Shown here one piece after another: positions 12,615 to 24,947 of a stretch of 64,000 nt of DNA. The position numbers were made by a program, and so were the translations under genes. The notes below the pieces were generated by a model. The model had not been told where the DNA came from, searched no databases, and saw only the letters and a list, made by a program, of their open reading frames with translations. This DNA comes from Diplonema japonicum (lineage: Eukaryota; Protista; Euglenozoa: Diplonemea), in assembly GCA_964019335.1 (NCBI GenBank), contig OZ025662.1, positions 496,001-560,000 on the forward strand. Reading direction: 5' to 3'. Numbering within the stretch: the first letter of the stretch is position 1; every line of letters starts with the position of its first letter.

Positions 12615-13821
12615 ATGAGCGGTGCGGACGAAGTGAACAGGAAGGTTGTCCTGAGCTTCTTGGACTTCGTGAAGGAGTCGGGGTATGTTGATTTGGAGTT
12701 GACAATTCAATAAAACCACTCACAGGAAGCTCGAAGGTGACCAGCTGGAGGTGGTGCAGTCTGTGCTGCAAACAGCATTCGAGATCACACCGGATGAGAG
12801 CAGCAGCGTGAAACTCCTGGAAATCTGGCCGAAGGAGGTGGCTGAGAACCAGTTCGAAGGCGAGAAGTGGAACGAGTTCATCGAGGTGTTGACAACAAAG
12901 GGGTACTTCAAGGGCTGCGAGGAGGGCAGCGAGGAGTACGCCGCAAGGACGGAGAGGGCAAAGACGAAGTTCGCGGCAAGGAGCAACCCGTACGAAGGGC
13001 TCACACCCGAGCAGCTGAAGGGGAAGGGTAACGACATGATGACCAAGGGCCAGCACAAGACCGCTGTCGGGTACTACTCGAAGGCAATCGAGATGGAGCC
13101 TGACAACGCTGTATTCTACTGCAACAGAGCCGCTGCGTACACCCACCTGAACCAGTTCAAAGAAGCCGTGAGAGACTGTGAAAAGGCAACCCAGCTCCGC
13201 CCCGACTACAGCAAGGCTTACTCCAGGCTTGGTCTTGCTCACTTCTACCTCAACGACTTCGTTCCTGCCGTGGTCGCATTTAAGGAGGCGTGCGAGCTGG
13301 AACCCGAGAACGAGACATACAAGAAGGATCTTGCAGCAGCGGAGAGCAAGAAGGCCTCTGCTGTAGGCGGCCCCCCTGCAGGCTTCGACATGGGCGCCAT
13401 CTCCAGCATGATGTCCAACCCCCAGTTCCAGCAGATGGCACAAAATGTCATGCAAAACCCTGCGTTCACACAGCTTGTCCAGAACATGGCTGAGAACATG
13501 GGAGGTGGTGAAGGAGGCATGCCTGACATGTCCCAGATGGCTCAAATGTTCGGCCAGGGTGGTATGGGTGCTCTTCCGGGTATGGAAGGTGCGGAAGGCG
13601 GTGCTGACGGGGACATGATCCCCACCCCCTTCGGACCCCTCTCTAAGGAAAAGCTTTCCAAGCTCCACGAGGACCAGGACATCAAGAACAACCCCAAATT
13701 CGCGCAGTTGTCCGAAGACCTCAAAACCGAGGGCCCCATGGCAATCATGAAGCACATGAACGACCCCGAGGTGATGGAGGCCATCGGCAAGTTCTCCCAG
13801 CTGCTGGCGAAGGATGAATAG
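12615..13821 (+). CDS. SGT: SGT (small glutamine-rich TPR co-chaperone); intron 12683-12725
   Basis: Spliced N-terminus [23 protein letters not shown]|[10 protein letters not shown] (SGTA dimer domain), 3 TPRs ([23 protein letters not shown]), STI1-like [12 protein letters not shown]. Confidence 0.92.
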
Positions 13822-14158
13822 GCAACAAAAAAAAAAAAGAAAAAAAGACCGCGCATCATTTATTCCCTGTTGATTCCCTTTTTCTATCCTCTTGGTTTTT
13901 TTTATTTTTTTATTTTTTTTATAGTCCCCGGCGCGATGTTCCTGTTTCTTGGTCTACCCAACCCTCCCCTTTCTTTTTTTTGATTTCTTGTTGGAATTTT
14001 TTTTTTAATGGCTTCGTGGGTAAAAGTAATACAAGTAAGTCTTTTTTTTTCCACACCACCTTCCCCCCACCTCCCTGAGACCTTTTTTTTTTTCCACCTT
14101 ACGTTTCTTTTTTTCTTCTATTCTCCTTCCTGCACAAAAGTAAAATCAAGAGACGGGG

Positions 14159-17100
14159 ATGCAATGCAGGCCGCTCCTCACCGAAAGTCCTGATGGGTCC
14201 GTGAAGGTAGGCGGTGGTGCGGAGGATTTACGAGAAACAACTGAAGAGATAGGAGTGGTGGTTGTCATCTCGGAGAGAGATGAAGGGAGAGAAATAGTGG
14301 TAGAGGGCTTAGTGGGCAGTGCCGGTGGGTGGGAAAGAGGTCCCCGTGTTGCCACGGCCATGTACAGGCTTGAAGAAATATGTAATAAGTACTCTGAGCC
14401 TGTTCTGCCTCTTGTTGTTGACACAAAAGGTTACTCACGCACCCATACTCCTTCTCATGCCGGACACCAGATCCTCAGTAGGCTGTACACTGCCTGCGAC
14501 ATGATGCTCCTGTACGGGGGATCCACTCCTAGTACCTGTTCTGATTTCCTATCTTGGGCGCTTTCTCTCTTTTCATCCCTTCCTGTTCCCCCACTGCATG
14601 CGAGGCGGCCTGCCTTGTCTCTTCTCACGGCCCACCCTTCCACTGTCAACTCCCTCTTCGCAAGCACTGCTAGGGACACTCTCTCAAAGCACTTCAGCCG
14701 CATCCACCCCGCCCTCCCCGACACCGAAGGCTTCAGGTCGATCATCCTGGAACGGTTACGTCCTTCTCGCACGGGCACCAAGCTTCGCAGAGTGCTGTCC
14801 GCGTCGGGTGCGGCCAACGTCAGCTCGGAGGCTGTGCAGATATACAGGTCGCATGTGCAGGCGGGTGGGGACTTGCAGGCAAACCATACTGCTGGGGAGC
14901 TCGAAGCACATGCACACATCACAGCCAACACCTCACCCTCAGACGTCAAGCTACAGCTCAAAGCGTTGCGGCAAGGCATAGCCGTCGAGCACCATTCGGC
15001 AGCGCGTGCTCTTCGCACGGCCTCGAAGAAGTCTTGTACATCGCTGATCACCTCTCTGTGCACAGATATCGAGATGCGACTGAAGAGCAACACCCACCAC
15101 ACATGGGAAGAATGGGAGGCCGATGTCCGGCACATCACCGACGCATACCAAGCCCAAGCCTCAGGCCCCGAGAAGGGAAACGTCCTCTCAGAAACCCTTC
15201 TACGATGGTTCCTCCCCAACTGCATGCTTGTCCACCACCGATTGAGCTCCAAGCAGCAGCAGCAAGCTGTTGTCTCCTTCAAAGGGTTCGAGAACACTGA
15301 AGCGACTTTGGCAAGGCTGGAGGAGACCTTGGACAGGGATCGGGACAGGGACAGGACGCTCGCAATGGAGGAAGGAGAGTCTCAAGAAGTGCTGGAGTTG
15401 AAGGGGAAGCTGTCCGAGGCAGCAAGGGAGGTAGATGTGGTGACACAGCTCTTGAGACAAGCAACGGAGGACGCGGAGCAGTGGCAGATGCACGGCATGC
15501 AGCTAAGAGAGAGGTTCACACAAGTAGAAGGCATTCTAGCATCTGAACGGAAAAGCGCGCGGGAGATGCTCTCAGCAGAGGTGCAGGAGAAGGAGAAACT
15601 ACAGCGGCAGATACATGACCTCCGTGCGGCGCAGAGCAAAAACAGTGAAGTAGCTGTTGTAGCTTCCCAGCTGCGCGCAGCCGAGAAAGAGACGCAGAAG
15701 GTGCGGTCAGAGCTGGCTGGGACAGTCACGAGCATGAGGACGGAAGTAGTAGAACGGACCACAAAGACACGTGAGTTGGAGGCAAAGCTACACGAGCTTC
15801 AATCCGAGAACACCTCCTTAAAGTCGCGCATCAAGGTAGTGACCAGTGAACACGACGGCATCAGACAGCAAGCGGATGCCACCATCAAGCGGCTCTGCTC
15901 CGAACTGAACGAAGTAAGGCAGACTGGCATGGTCGACACACACGCTGAGATGACCTCTGTACTATCTAAAGAAATAGGCCACATAAGGGAAGAGCTGCAC
16001 TCCAAGCGGCACCAAGAATACGCCCTAGTGGACCTCAAGGAGGAGCTCAGTACTAGGGACAAGGAAAGGATCGAAAGTATTGTCAAATGCAACCAACTGG
16101 AGTGTGAGGTGTTGCAGCTACGAAGCGAGGTGGCCGCGCTTACAACCAGCTTGGAAGACACGCAGAGCAAGGTTGCAGTGGAAGTACTTGCAAAGGAGGC
16201 TTATGAGGAAGAACTGAGAATGTGTAAGAAGCGACATGCCGATGCTGCCGAGGACTTGGAATTCACAAAAACACAGATAACGACCGACACACATGAGAAA
16301 CTGGAGCATAAGCTCAGACTGGAGTCAGCGCTGTCCTCGCAATCGCAGAAAACTGCGCAGCTCGAGGCTGAAAACGAGGGGCTGCGCGCATCAAACGAGC
16401 ATTTTGAGGAACAGCTGTCCATCGTGAAGGCAGACATGCAGGAGCTGGAGACCTTGTTCAGCACATCGCGAACAGAAAACACCGGGTTAAAGGAGCGCAA
16501 CAGAATGCTTGATGTCCAGCAGCAGGCTGTTGAAAAGGCGAACGCACGTCTCGAGGTCGCCGTCAAGGAGCACCAAGACGCGTCCCGAGCCCTTCAAGCA
16601 CAACTGGTGCAAGCAAGGGACGAGGTGCACGAGATACGCAACATGAACAGCGATGCCACCAACAACACCCGCATGGAGTTGTTGGACATGCAGCAGAAGG
16701 TATCAGCATCTGAAGGAGCCGTGGGAAGGATACAGCTGGAGAAGGAAATTTCGGAAAAAATGGTGAAGACAATGGAAAAAGAACGGGAAAAAGCGCAAGC
16801 CGAGTGCGTGAAACTTACAGCACAACTAGAGGAGGCCAGGCAGAAAAGGAAAATGGACGTCAGAGAGCTGAGGGAGGAAGTCACTGTACTGAGCAGCGAG
16901 AAAAACAGCTTAACTGTGAAAACGCAAGGAGAGAATGCGATCCTGCAACAGGAACTAGAGATGGCAAGGGAAAACCTGCGAGCTTGCAATGAGAAGTTAG
17001 AAAAAGCTACAGAGAAGTGTGCTGCACTGGAGGCCGAAGTGTCGTCACTGGGTCTCATGTGCGAGACACAGAGCAAAAGGGCAGAGAGCAGTTCACAACA

Positions 17101-18283
17101 GCTAGAGGCAGCACTGAGCAACATCGAGACACTGCGCAAGGACGCCGCTGTAAAAGGCGAGTCACACACTGCCGATCTGAAGCTATTCCAAGAACACTCA
17201 GAAGCGGAGCAGCACAGGCTGACAGACATCATCAAGGCACTGCAGGACGACAGCCACAAACTTCGAGAAAGCAACTCACGCTTAGAAATAGAGGCCGCTG
17301 CTCTGAAGAGGAAAGAAGCACACTGCGCGAATCTAGAGAAAGAGCTTCGGGAGGTGTTCAAGGAGACTGCTGAAAAGACCTCGCAGCTGGCAGAGGCGTC
17401 CACGAAGATAGGGGTGCTGAATGTGCAACTGGGCGCCATGCAGGACAGTGACAGGGCGAAGGGTGTCGGGAGCGAGAACTTGATGAAGCTGCACGACAAG
17501 AAGACCGAGCTGTACGAGGAACAGGTGCGGGCTGCAAACGAGAACTGCGGCGTACTAAAGGGCGAGGTGAAGAAGCTAGAGGCAGATAAGAGACAGCTGC
17601 AGGTGGCCTTGGACGAGGCAAAGGCGGAAACTGACGCAGCGAAGCTGAGCGGACAAAAGGAAACATCGGAGCAAACCGCAGGCCTGCAAAACGAGGTGCA
17701 GAAGCTAAAGTTAAAAGCGACACGAGACGCAGGACTGATGGAGAACTTCAGGGCAGAAACTGATGCACTTCGGCAGAGTGTCGAGAAATGGAAGGCGAAA
17801 GAAGGAGGGTGGGGACGTGTGGAGGCCGGGTTGAAGAGAGAAGTGGGAATGCTTCGAGAGGAGAACAACAAGTTGGAAGCCATCGGAAAAGAAATGGGAA
17901 AGAAGCTTGAAGAGTACAAGGCGGAAGGTGAAAAAAAGAAAAAGATGCTAACAAACGTAGAGCAAGCTTTGGAGAAGGAGAAGAAAAAGATGAGGAGCGC
18001 AAGGTTAGAGCTCACGGTCTCCGGGCTGCATCTGCAGAAAGAGATAACTGAAAGGGAGGCGAGGGCCCGCTCCAACTCTGCTTCGTCACGCTTAAGCGAT
18101 CGCCGTGCCCGCCTTCAGACCAACAAGGAAGTTCTTGACGAAATTCGCTCCGATCCAGGGACCTTCTCACCACCTTCGCGGTCTATCTCTCCGTCCTCTC
18201 GGCACCTCACTCCCACCCTAATACCGCATCCTAGACCTTCCCCTAGATTACCCCCCAGGAAGATGACACTCCCTTCATCTTAG
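14159..18283 (+). CDS. Large coiled-coil protein with a degenerate guanylate-binding-protein (GBP)-like N-terminus
   Basis: 1374 aa; N-terminus resembles GBP (IGVVVVIS, LVVDTKG, YQAQASGPEK) followed by ~950 aa of heptad repeats. Confidence 0.75.
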   Translation: MQCRPLLTESPDGSVKVGGGAEDLRETTEEIGVVVVISERDEGREIVVEGLVGSAGGWERGPRVATAMYRLEEICNKYSEPVLPLVVDTKGYSRTHTPSHAGHQILSRLYTACDMMLLYGGSTPSTCSDFLSWALSLFSSLPVPPLHARRPALSLLTAHPSTVNSLFASTARDTLSKHFSRIHPALPDTEGFRSIILERLRPSRTGTKLRRVLSASGAANVSSEAVQIYRSHVQAGGDLQANHTAGELEAHAHITANTSPSDVKLQLKALRQGIAVEHHSAARALRTASKKSCTSLITSLCTDIEMRLKSNTHHTWEEWEADVRHITDAYQAQASGPEKGNVLSETLLRWFLPNCMLVHHRLSSKQQQQAVVSFKGFENTEATLARLEETLDRDRDRDRTLAMEEGESQEVLELKGKLSEAAREVDVVTQLLRQATEDAEQWQMHGMQLRERFTQVEGILASERKSAREMLSAEVQEKEKLQRQIHDLRAAQSKNSEVAVVASQLRAAEKETQKVRSELAGTVTSMRTEVVERTTKTRELEAKLHELQSENTSLKSRIKVVTSEHDGIRQQADATIKRLCSELNEVRQTGMVDTHAEMTSVLSKEIGHIREELHSKRHQEYALVDLKEELSTRDKERIESIVKCNQLECEVLQLRSEVAALTTSLEDTQSKVAVEVLAKEAYEEELRMCKKRHADAAEDLEFTKTQITTDTHEKLEHKLRLESALSSQSQKTAQLEAENEGLRASNEHFEEQLSIVKADMQELETLFSTSRTENTGLKERNRMLDVQQQAVEKANARLEVAVKEHQDASRALQAQLVQARDEVHEIRNMNSDATNNTRMELLDMQQKVSASEGAVGRIQLEKEISEKMVKTMEKEREKAQAECVKLTAQLEEARQKRKMDVRELREEVTVLSSEKNSLTVKTQGENAILQQELEMARENLRACNEKLEKATEKCAALEAEVSSLGLMCETQSKRAESSSQQLEAALSNIETLRKDAAVKGESHTADLKLFQEHSEAEQHRLTDIIKALQDDSHKLRESNSRLEIEAAALKRKEAHCANLEKELREVFKETAEKTSQLAEASTKIGVLNVQLGAMQDSDRAKGVGSENLMKLHDKKTELYEEQVRAANENCGVLKGEVKKLEADKRQLQVALDEAKAETDAAKLSGQKETSEQTAGLQNEVQKLKLKATRDAGLMENFRAETDALRQSVEKWKAKEGGWGRVEAGLKREVGMLREENNKLEAIGKEMGKKLEEYKAEGEKKKKMLTNVEQALEKEKKKMRSARLELTVSGLHLQKEITEREARARSNSASSRLSDRRARLQTNKEVLDEIRSDPGTFSPPSRSISPSSRHLTPTLIPHPRPSPRLPPRKMTLPSS

Positions 18284-18455
18284 TGCGTCTGTTGTATATT
18301 ACTCTTTAGATCGTACGGGGCACTAAGAGGGCATCAGTTTATTCAGTCATTTACCTTATGCACCCGGGGGGTAATTGATTTTTGACCTCCAAAAAAAAGT
18401 TATTTTCACAGTACGGGTAATTAAGAGATCCCCCTCCCTCATCCCCTTCGTTTCT

Positions 18456-18511
<56 letters not shown>

Positions 18512-18598
18512 GCCTTGTTCAACGAACCAAAAAAAAAAAAGAAAAAAGAAAAAAGAAAAGAAAAAGGAACACAGAAAAGAAAAGGAACCCTCAGAACA

Positions 18599-20493
18599 AT
18601 GGGACAGAACAGTGAAATGATGACCTCCTTCTGCGATGACCTGATGATACGGCCGAAACAAGGTATGAACGAAAAATATCCCTCCTCCCCTCCCACCTTC
18701 TCCCTACAGATGAGATGCCGTTCGACGACGTAGAGATCCCAGCTGACGCAACTTCGCAGAACGTGATCTGCGTCTTCAACCTTCCTCAGGAGACGAAGGA
18801 TGACCAATTGCAGAGCTTCTTCGGTGCATTTGGTAAGATCGACAAGATCTACACAATCAGGGACAAATACAAGGGAGAAGGCGTCCCTCCCACAGAATGC
18901 AAGTGCAAAGGGTACGCGTTCATCTACTACGCCGAGATGGAATCCGCCCACCGTGCCAGGGACGAGGCCAACAATGCCGAGTTCAAGGGAAGGACCATTA
19001 GGGTAGACATCTCCCTCACTGCTAAAAAGGAGAGAGTTGAGGCACCTCTTAGCGACGTGCTTGGTGTCTTCGGTCTTCCTGGTGACGTTGCCCCCGAAGA
19101 GGTCAAGGCTGCCTTCCTGGAGCGAGGCACGGACGCTTCCCGCGTCAATCTCGTAAGAGAAAAGCCGTCCGGTAGATGCAAAGGCTTCGGGTTCGTGTAC
19201 TTCCCGTCAGTCCCCTCAGCAAAGGCTGCCAAGGAGGCCTGCCACGACCTTGTCATCAAGGGGCACATGGTGCGTGTCGACTACTCCCTCACAAGGGAAC
19301 CCCGCGAGGCCGAACAGAAAGCAAAGTCCCCCCCCGCCACCTCCTTCCCCCGTGGTGCACGCCCCTGCAACGTCCTCGGCTGCTTCGGCCTCCCCGCCAC
19401 AACCATCGAGCAAGATGTCAAGGCCCTCTTCAACAACTACGGGCAGGTCTTCAAGGTGGATATTGTGATGGACAAGGCGACGGGGCGGTGCAAGGGGTAC
19501 GGGTTTGTGTACTTCACGAAGACGGAGGACGCAACGAAGGCCTTCGAGGCCTTCACTTCGGGGGAGCTGACGCCGTCTGTGAAGGGGCAGAACATCAGGA
19601 TTGACTACTCCCTCACCACCGCACCGCCGCAGACAAGGTCCAACGCCGACGGTGGCCTCGGCGATGAGGAAAAGCCAAGCCGCGGCAGTGGCGGTGGTGG
19701 TGGTGGTGGCAACACCGGCGGCATGGGTGGTGGTGGTGGCGGCGGCAAGCGAGGTGGGATGCGCAGGGAGTCGGGGGGTAAGTCCGACAGTGGGGACTCT
19801 CCTCAGTACGGCGGGCAGCAAGTGCTGCAGTTCCCAAGCGGGGCCGGCGGTGGCGCAGGGGGTGGCGTCCCACACCAGTTCAGTGGGATGCAGCAGATGG
19901 CGCAGCAACACAGCGCATCGCACCAGCCCGGCGTTCTGAAGCTTGAAGGGGTGCCAGAAGACCTCCTTGCATGCTTCCCCCTCCCCCCGCAGCAGGAGCT
20001 GGACAAGGCTGTGGGCTACGCCCGCGGGTACGACGACTGCAGGGTATCCATGCTGAGCACGATGGACGGCCTCATCAAGGCAGGCAGGCTGATGTGGAAC
20101 CCGATGCAGATGGGAGCGGGCATCAACGGCATGACAAGCATGCAACCCGGTCTGGGGGCCATGAATATCCAGGGGCTCAACGGCATGGGTAGGCAAGGCA
20201 TGATGTTGGGGCAGCAGCCCGACATCAACCAGCAGGTGCAGCATATGCACCAACAAGATTTGGTATGTGCAGGGGGGTAATTATTAAAACAAGAAAAAAA
20301 TAAAAATTAAAAATAAAAAGGCTGGGGCTGCACGACTTGCGCCTGCCGGAGGCCAAAATTCACAGTCTGGCAATGCAGGCTTCATTGCGCCGCAGGTATA
20401 GAATAAGGGGGAAAAGAAAAAGAGGGGGGGAAAAACCCTTAGACTCTGCAGCACTTTTACTTGCCATCGCAGTCACTACTGCCATCGTTGTAG
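18599..20493 (+). CDS. RNA-binding protein with three RRMs and Gly/Gln/Met-rich tail; introns 18663-18709, 20263-20320, 20396-20442 (last tentative)
   Basis: RNP1 motifs KGYAFIYY, KGFGFVYF, KGYGFVYF; IRVD(Y)SLT motif as in Tra2-type RRMs; introns restore frame; 3' end uncertain. Confidence 0.85.
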
Positions 20494-21307
20494 GTGCAGA
20501 ATATGAAGTGAAAAAAAAAAATGAGGAAAAAAAAGGAGGAAAAACGATTTTCGCTCTGTCCCCTTCTCCCCCCCTTTTTTTTCTTTTCTCTTTTGTCTCT
20601 TCCCGATTTCTATCTTACTACAGAAAAAAAAAACTTTTTTTTATACCTCTCCTGCCCATTCCCTTTGAATATTTATGCAAAAGAATTTGAAAAAAAGGAA
20701 AAAAAAAAAAAAAAAAATTGAAAAGAAAAAAAAAAAGAAAAATTAAAAAAAGGAAAAAAAAAAAAAAACCAGAAAATAAATATATTTTTTATTTCTTTTT
20801 TTTTTTTTTTTTAGAACGAACAGAGGAACAGGGAAAAGAAAAAGGGAAATGGAAAGGCCAGAAGAAGGAAAATGGAATTGAAAAAAAAGGGGAATATGAA
20901 ATTTCTCCCTTCCCCCCCCTCCTGCAATTGAACTTTAATTTCTGAACAGAAACAAGAAAACAAGACGAAAAGGAAAAACTATGAAAAGGTTTGGGCACAA
21001 TAGAATACAATGAGAATTGCCCCTCCCCCCTACCTCTAGGACAGCAGTGGGATGAAGAGAAACAAAGAAGAAAACCGTACATATAGTACAATCGAGAGGG
21101 AAATCTGATAAAATTAATAAGGTTGGCCCTACTGCAGTCTTTAGTGGCCCGTGTCACGTTGCATACAGACATTCCCACCTCCCCCCCATCCGCCTTTTTT
21201 TTTTTTTTGTTTCAAAAAAGAAAAAAAAAAGAAAAAAAAAAAAGAGAAAAGAAAGAAACTTTTGATTTTCTCTTCTTTTTTTTTTTTGAGTCTTTTTCGC
21301 ACCTATG

Positions 21308-21338
<31 letters not shown>

Positions 21339-22071
21339 CTGTGTGTTCTTCCCCCCCCCCTCTCTCTTTACCCTCTCCCAAACACACGCACACACACCCT
21401 TATTTAATTTTTTTTGAGAAAGGTGGTGGAAAAAAAAAAAGAAATATAGTCACCTCTCGGGAAAAAAAAAAAGAAAGAGGAAACCAAATAAAAAAAGAGG
21501 GGGAAATAAACAGGGAAACAAAAAAAAGAAGGGGGGAAAAAAAAAGAGGGGGGGGGAAAAAATAGCACATGTCACAATAACCCCCCCCGCCCACCCCGCC
21601 CCCTTACCTTACGACTTTTTTTTTTTTTAAATTTCCTTTTTTTTTTCTGGAACAGTTAGGGTGCCATCGTTGCAAAAAAGTTTTTTTTCCCCTCTGGAAC
21701 TAAAAAGGGGGTGTCGTGCACACCCCCCCCCCCCCCCCCCCCGTGGCAAAGAGTCTTCAAGGCTCGTTAGATAGGTTGCCGTGACTTCATCATCTGCAAC
21801 TCCTCTACCTTTGTCTTTCTCTCTTTCATATTTGGCGGCACAATTGCTTGGTGTATAGTTAAGGAACAGAAAGCAAAAGTTTAAAAAAGAAAAGGGAAAA
21901 AAAAGCCCCCCCGGTCAGTGTTCCGCATTTCCCTTCGTTTGTGATTTTCTCTATTCTCTCTGTTCCCCTTCCCTCCTCCCTGTCACCCCCCTTTGAGAGA
22001 ACATACAAAACACAGAGAAGTGTAGCTGTATCCGAACTGCTGCCGGTACATAAGAATAAAAGAGGAACTTT

Positions 22072-22103
<32 letters not shown>

Positions 22104-22537
22104 CACATCTAAAGGAAACAGGAATAAAAGAGAAAAATAAAGATCATTCACAAAGGGAAAAAAAAAAAAAAAAATAAAGAGTTGAAGAAAAGAAACCCCG
22201 AAAAGCTTAGCCGCGGGAAAAAAAAAAAAAAAAAAAAAAAAAAAACAAGTTTTTTTTTTCTTTTTTTTCCCCAACTCTTTTTTCCCTTTTTTTTATCCAA
22301 AAAAAGAAAAAAAAGAAGAAAAAAAAAAAGAAGAAAAAAGAACAAACAAAACAAAAAAAAAAAGTGAGCTTTTTCTTTTCTGTTCCATTTTTTTTTTTTC
22401 TATTTTTTTTTCTCCTCGTGTGTCCCCCCCCCCCCCCCCCCCCCCTTTCCGTCCCTCTCCTCACCCTGAGTGAAAAAAATTTTTTTTTTAAAAAAAAATA
22501 TTTACTCCGCGGAAGATTTAAAAAAAAGGGGGAGGGT

Positions 22538-23422
22538 ATGCACCACGGGGAGCATATATTTGACCTATGGAGCCACGCCACTTCCGACGCAGAGGATAGG
22601 GAGCCCCCGGCTCAAGTAGAGCCAGAAGAGGGACTTGACAGAATGTACGGTGATTTTTCCGACATAAGATGCATGAAGAGGGGGCGATTTTCGTCTATTT
22701 ACAAGGCAAAACACAAAATAGACAAAAAGCACTACGCCATAAAAAGGCTGGAAAAGCGAATACTCAGCGAAAGCGACCGCCGCTCCAAGCAGATGGAAGC
22801 AGAAATTCACGCAACATGTTCGGGGCACCCCAACATCATCAGATACCACAACTCATGGGTTTCTCCTACGGGTGTGGTCAACATTCAAATGGAATGGGCA
22901 GGCGGCGGCACCGCTCGTAACTACTTGAAAGAGGAACGGGAGAAGGAACACGTAAACGCATTACTGCAAATTGGTAAGGGTCTTGTTCACATACACGAGA
23001 AGGGCTTTGCCCACTCCGACATAAAATTAACAAATGTCATGATAAGGTCAGACGCCGCACCAGATCGTCTTTACGCCATTACTGATTTTGGGGTATCTAG
23101 GCTGCTTCGTGAAAAATTAGATCTTGACGGCGACGTGTTGTACCTTGATCCGCTGGGGCTGAACTCAGTTTCTGAGGGTACAGATGCGTTTGCTCTAGGG
23201 ATCTCGCTTTATGAGTCAGTTCGGAGGGAGCCTTTGCGGGAGTCAGAGTTCACTTTCCTCCGCTCGGGCTCGCCGGAGGTTTTTTCTTGTCTTGCTGTTG
23301 CAGCGCCTCAGCTTTCTAAGCTGCTTAGTGCGCTTATCGATCTTCCTGAACGCAGAAGAGACCTCTGTGGTGTTGTTGCGGATGCTGTTTCACTTTATAC
23401 CAATGGGACGCTGGTTGAGTGA
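22538..23422 (+). CDS. Wee1/Myt1-like protein kinase
   Basis: GRFSSIYK, YAIK, HPNIIRYHNSW, IQMEW, HSDIKLTN, DFG, DGDVLYL (Wee1-type EGD..YL). Confidence 0.8.
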   Translation: MHHGEHIFDLWSHATSDAEDREPPAQVEPEEGLDRMYGDFSDIRCMKRGRFSSIYKAKHKIDKKHYAIKRLEKRILSESDRRSKQMEAEIHATCSGHPNIIRYHNSWVSPTGVVNIQMEWAGGGTARNYLKEEREKEHVNALLQIGKGLVHIHEKGFAHSDIKLTNVMIRSDAAPDRLYAITDFGVSRLLREKLDLDGDVLYLDPLGLNSVSEGTDAFALGISLYESVRREPLRESEFTFLRSGSPEVFSCLAVAAPQLSKLLSALIDLPERRRDLCGVVADAVSLYTNGTLVE

Positions 23423-23585
23423 GGAAAAAAAAAAAAAAAAAAAAAAAGAAAGAAAGAAATAATGCGCTGTAGCAATCTTCGATAAGGGAAGATTTCTTTC
23501 AAAAAAAAAAAAAGATTTAAAAAAAAAAAAAAAAGAGGGATTTTCCCTTTTTTTTTTTTTTTTTTTTTTCCTCCCACGCTTGCTT

Positions 23586-23673
23586 GGAGTACTGCGCACT
23601 CTTGCTTGGTCAACCCTCTGGGGGGAGGGGGAGGGGGGTTGTTATTGATTACCAAGCGAAGGGCAGTACTTCC
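23586..23673. repeat. Long imperfect hairpin downstream of the kinase
   Basis: Nested inverted repeats ggagtactgc/gcagtacttcc, ttgcttggt/accaagcgaa, caaccc/gggttg. Confidence 0.6.
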
Positions 23674-24409
23674 TTCTCTCTTCCCCCTTTACTTTCAAAA
23701 AAAAAAAAAAAAAAAAAAAGATATAACTTTGGTTGTCTTTAACCTAACTGTCTCTGACTTGTGAACAAACAACAAATGTTCAACTTATGCACACTGAAAC
23801 CTTATCGATTTTTTTTTTTTTTTCTTTCCCTCTCTCTTTTTTTCAAAAAAAAAAATCTGAAGAATTTTGTCGGTTCTCTATAATGAATCAGCAAAAATAA
23901 AGGGGTCTGTGGGACGTCTCAGGATAAATTTGTTATTGCTAAAGAGTAGAAAGTAGCATTGCATTGCAGGGTTTCCCCCCCTTCCTCTTTTTTTTTTTCC
24001 CCCCCCCTTCTTGCTCGAACAAGAAAAAAAAAAAAGAAAAAAAAAGAAATATTGATAATGAATTGTTATTTTGCTAAAAATAAGTTTTCTTTTTTTTTTC
24101 TTTTACACGTCCCAATCTTCAAGCAATGGGTATTTTTTCTTTCCTCTTTTTTTTCTATAATATATTATATATATGAGCTCGGCCAGATTACATTTTTCCG
24201 GACGAGCTCATATAAATACAACAGTGAAGGAGGGTCAGATTCAAATCTAATGGCCGTTGCTGTATTTTGATGAATAGGGATAGGACTCCTAATCGGGATG
24301 CGGCTCAGATAGTAACCCACGGTTTGAGACAATATTGAGGCGAACGTTTTGGTCTTAAAACCTGTTGAGCGCTCCAATTTTTTTTTTTTTTTTTTTTTTT
24401 CCCCAATGA

Positions 24410-24517
24410 ATTGTTCTTGCTAAAAAGAGGAGTGGTAGCATTGCTGGGCTTATCCTTCTACAAGTTAACCCCCCCCCTCCCCCCCCGGCTGTGCACAAGC
24501 AACAATCAACCGACTCT
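24410..24517 (+). repeat. Dispersed ~90-110 bp repeat family D (also 23930-23965, 28201-28267, 33462-33549)
   Basis: Shared ATTGTT(A/C)(T/C)TGC..TATCC(T/C)T..CGGCT(G)TGCACAA core; AATCA(A/G)CCGACTC-T-run tail in two copies. Confidence 0.65.
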
Positions 24518-24705
24518 TTTTTTTTTTCTTTTCTTTTTTTTTTTTTTTTTACCACCGCAGTAAGAACCCGCCAGAGCCCCCAGAACGGGGACAACGGAGA
24601 CTAAGTACGCGCGGCCGGTGAGCGCAAAAACGCATACCTTAAAAGAATAGTTTTTATTTATTTATTTATTTATTTATTTTTTTTTTTGCGCTCAGTGCTT
24701 TTCCT

Positions 24706-24911
24706 TTCTATCGACTCGGCATCTCATCGTTTCGAGGTTTCCAAGCAACACGTTCAAAAAAAAAAAATGTTGGTTCAAATCCGAGGCACCGTCCTGCCAT
24801 TTAGAACAGCTTGAGCAGGGGGGGGGGGGGGGGGGGGGGGGCGATGTGTGAAACATGAGTTTTTGGAGGGGGGGAAAAAATAAGTGGGCTTTTCGTGGTA
24901 CTTTTTTTCTT

Positions 24912-24947
<36 letters not shown>

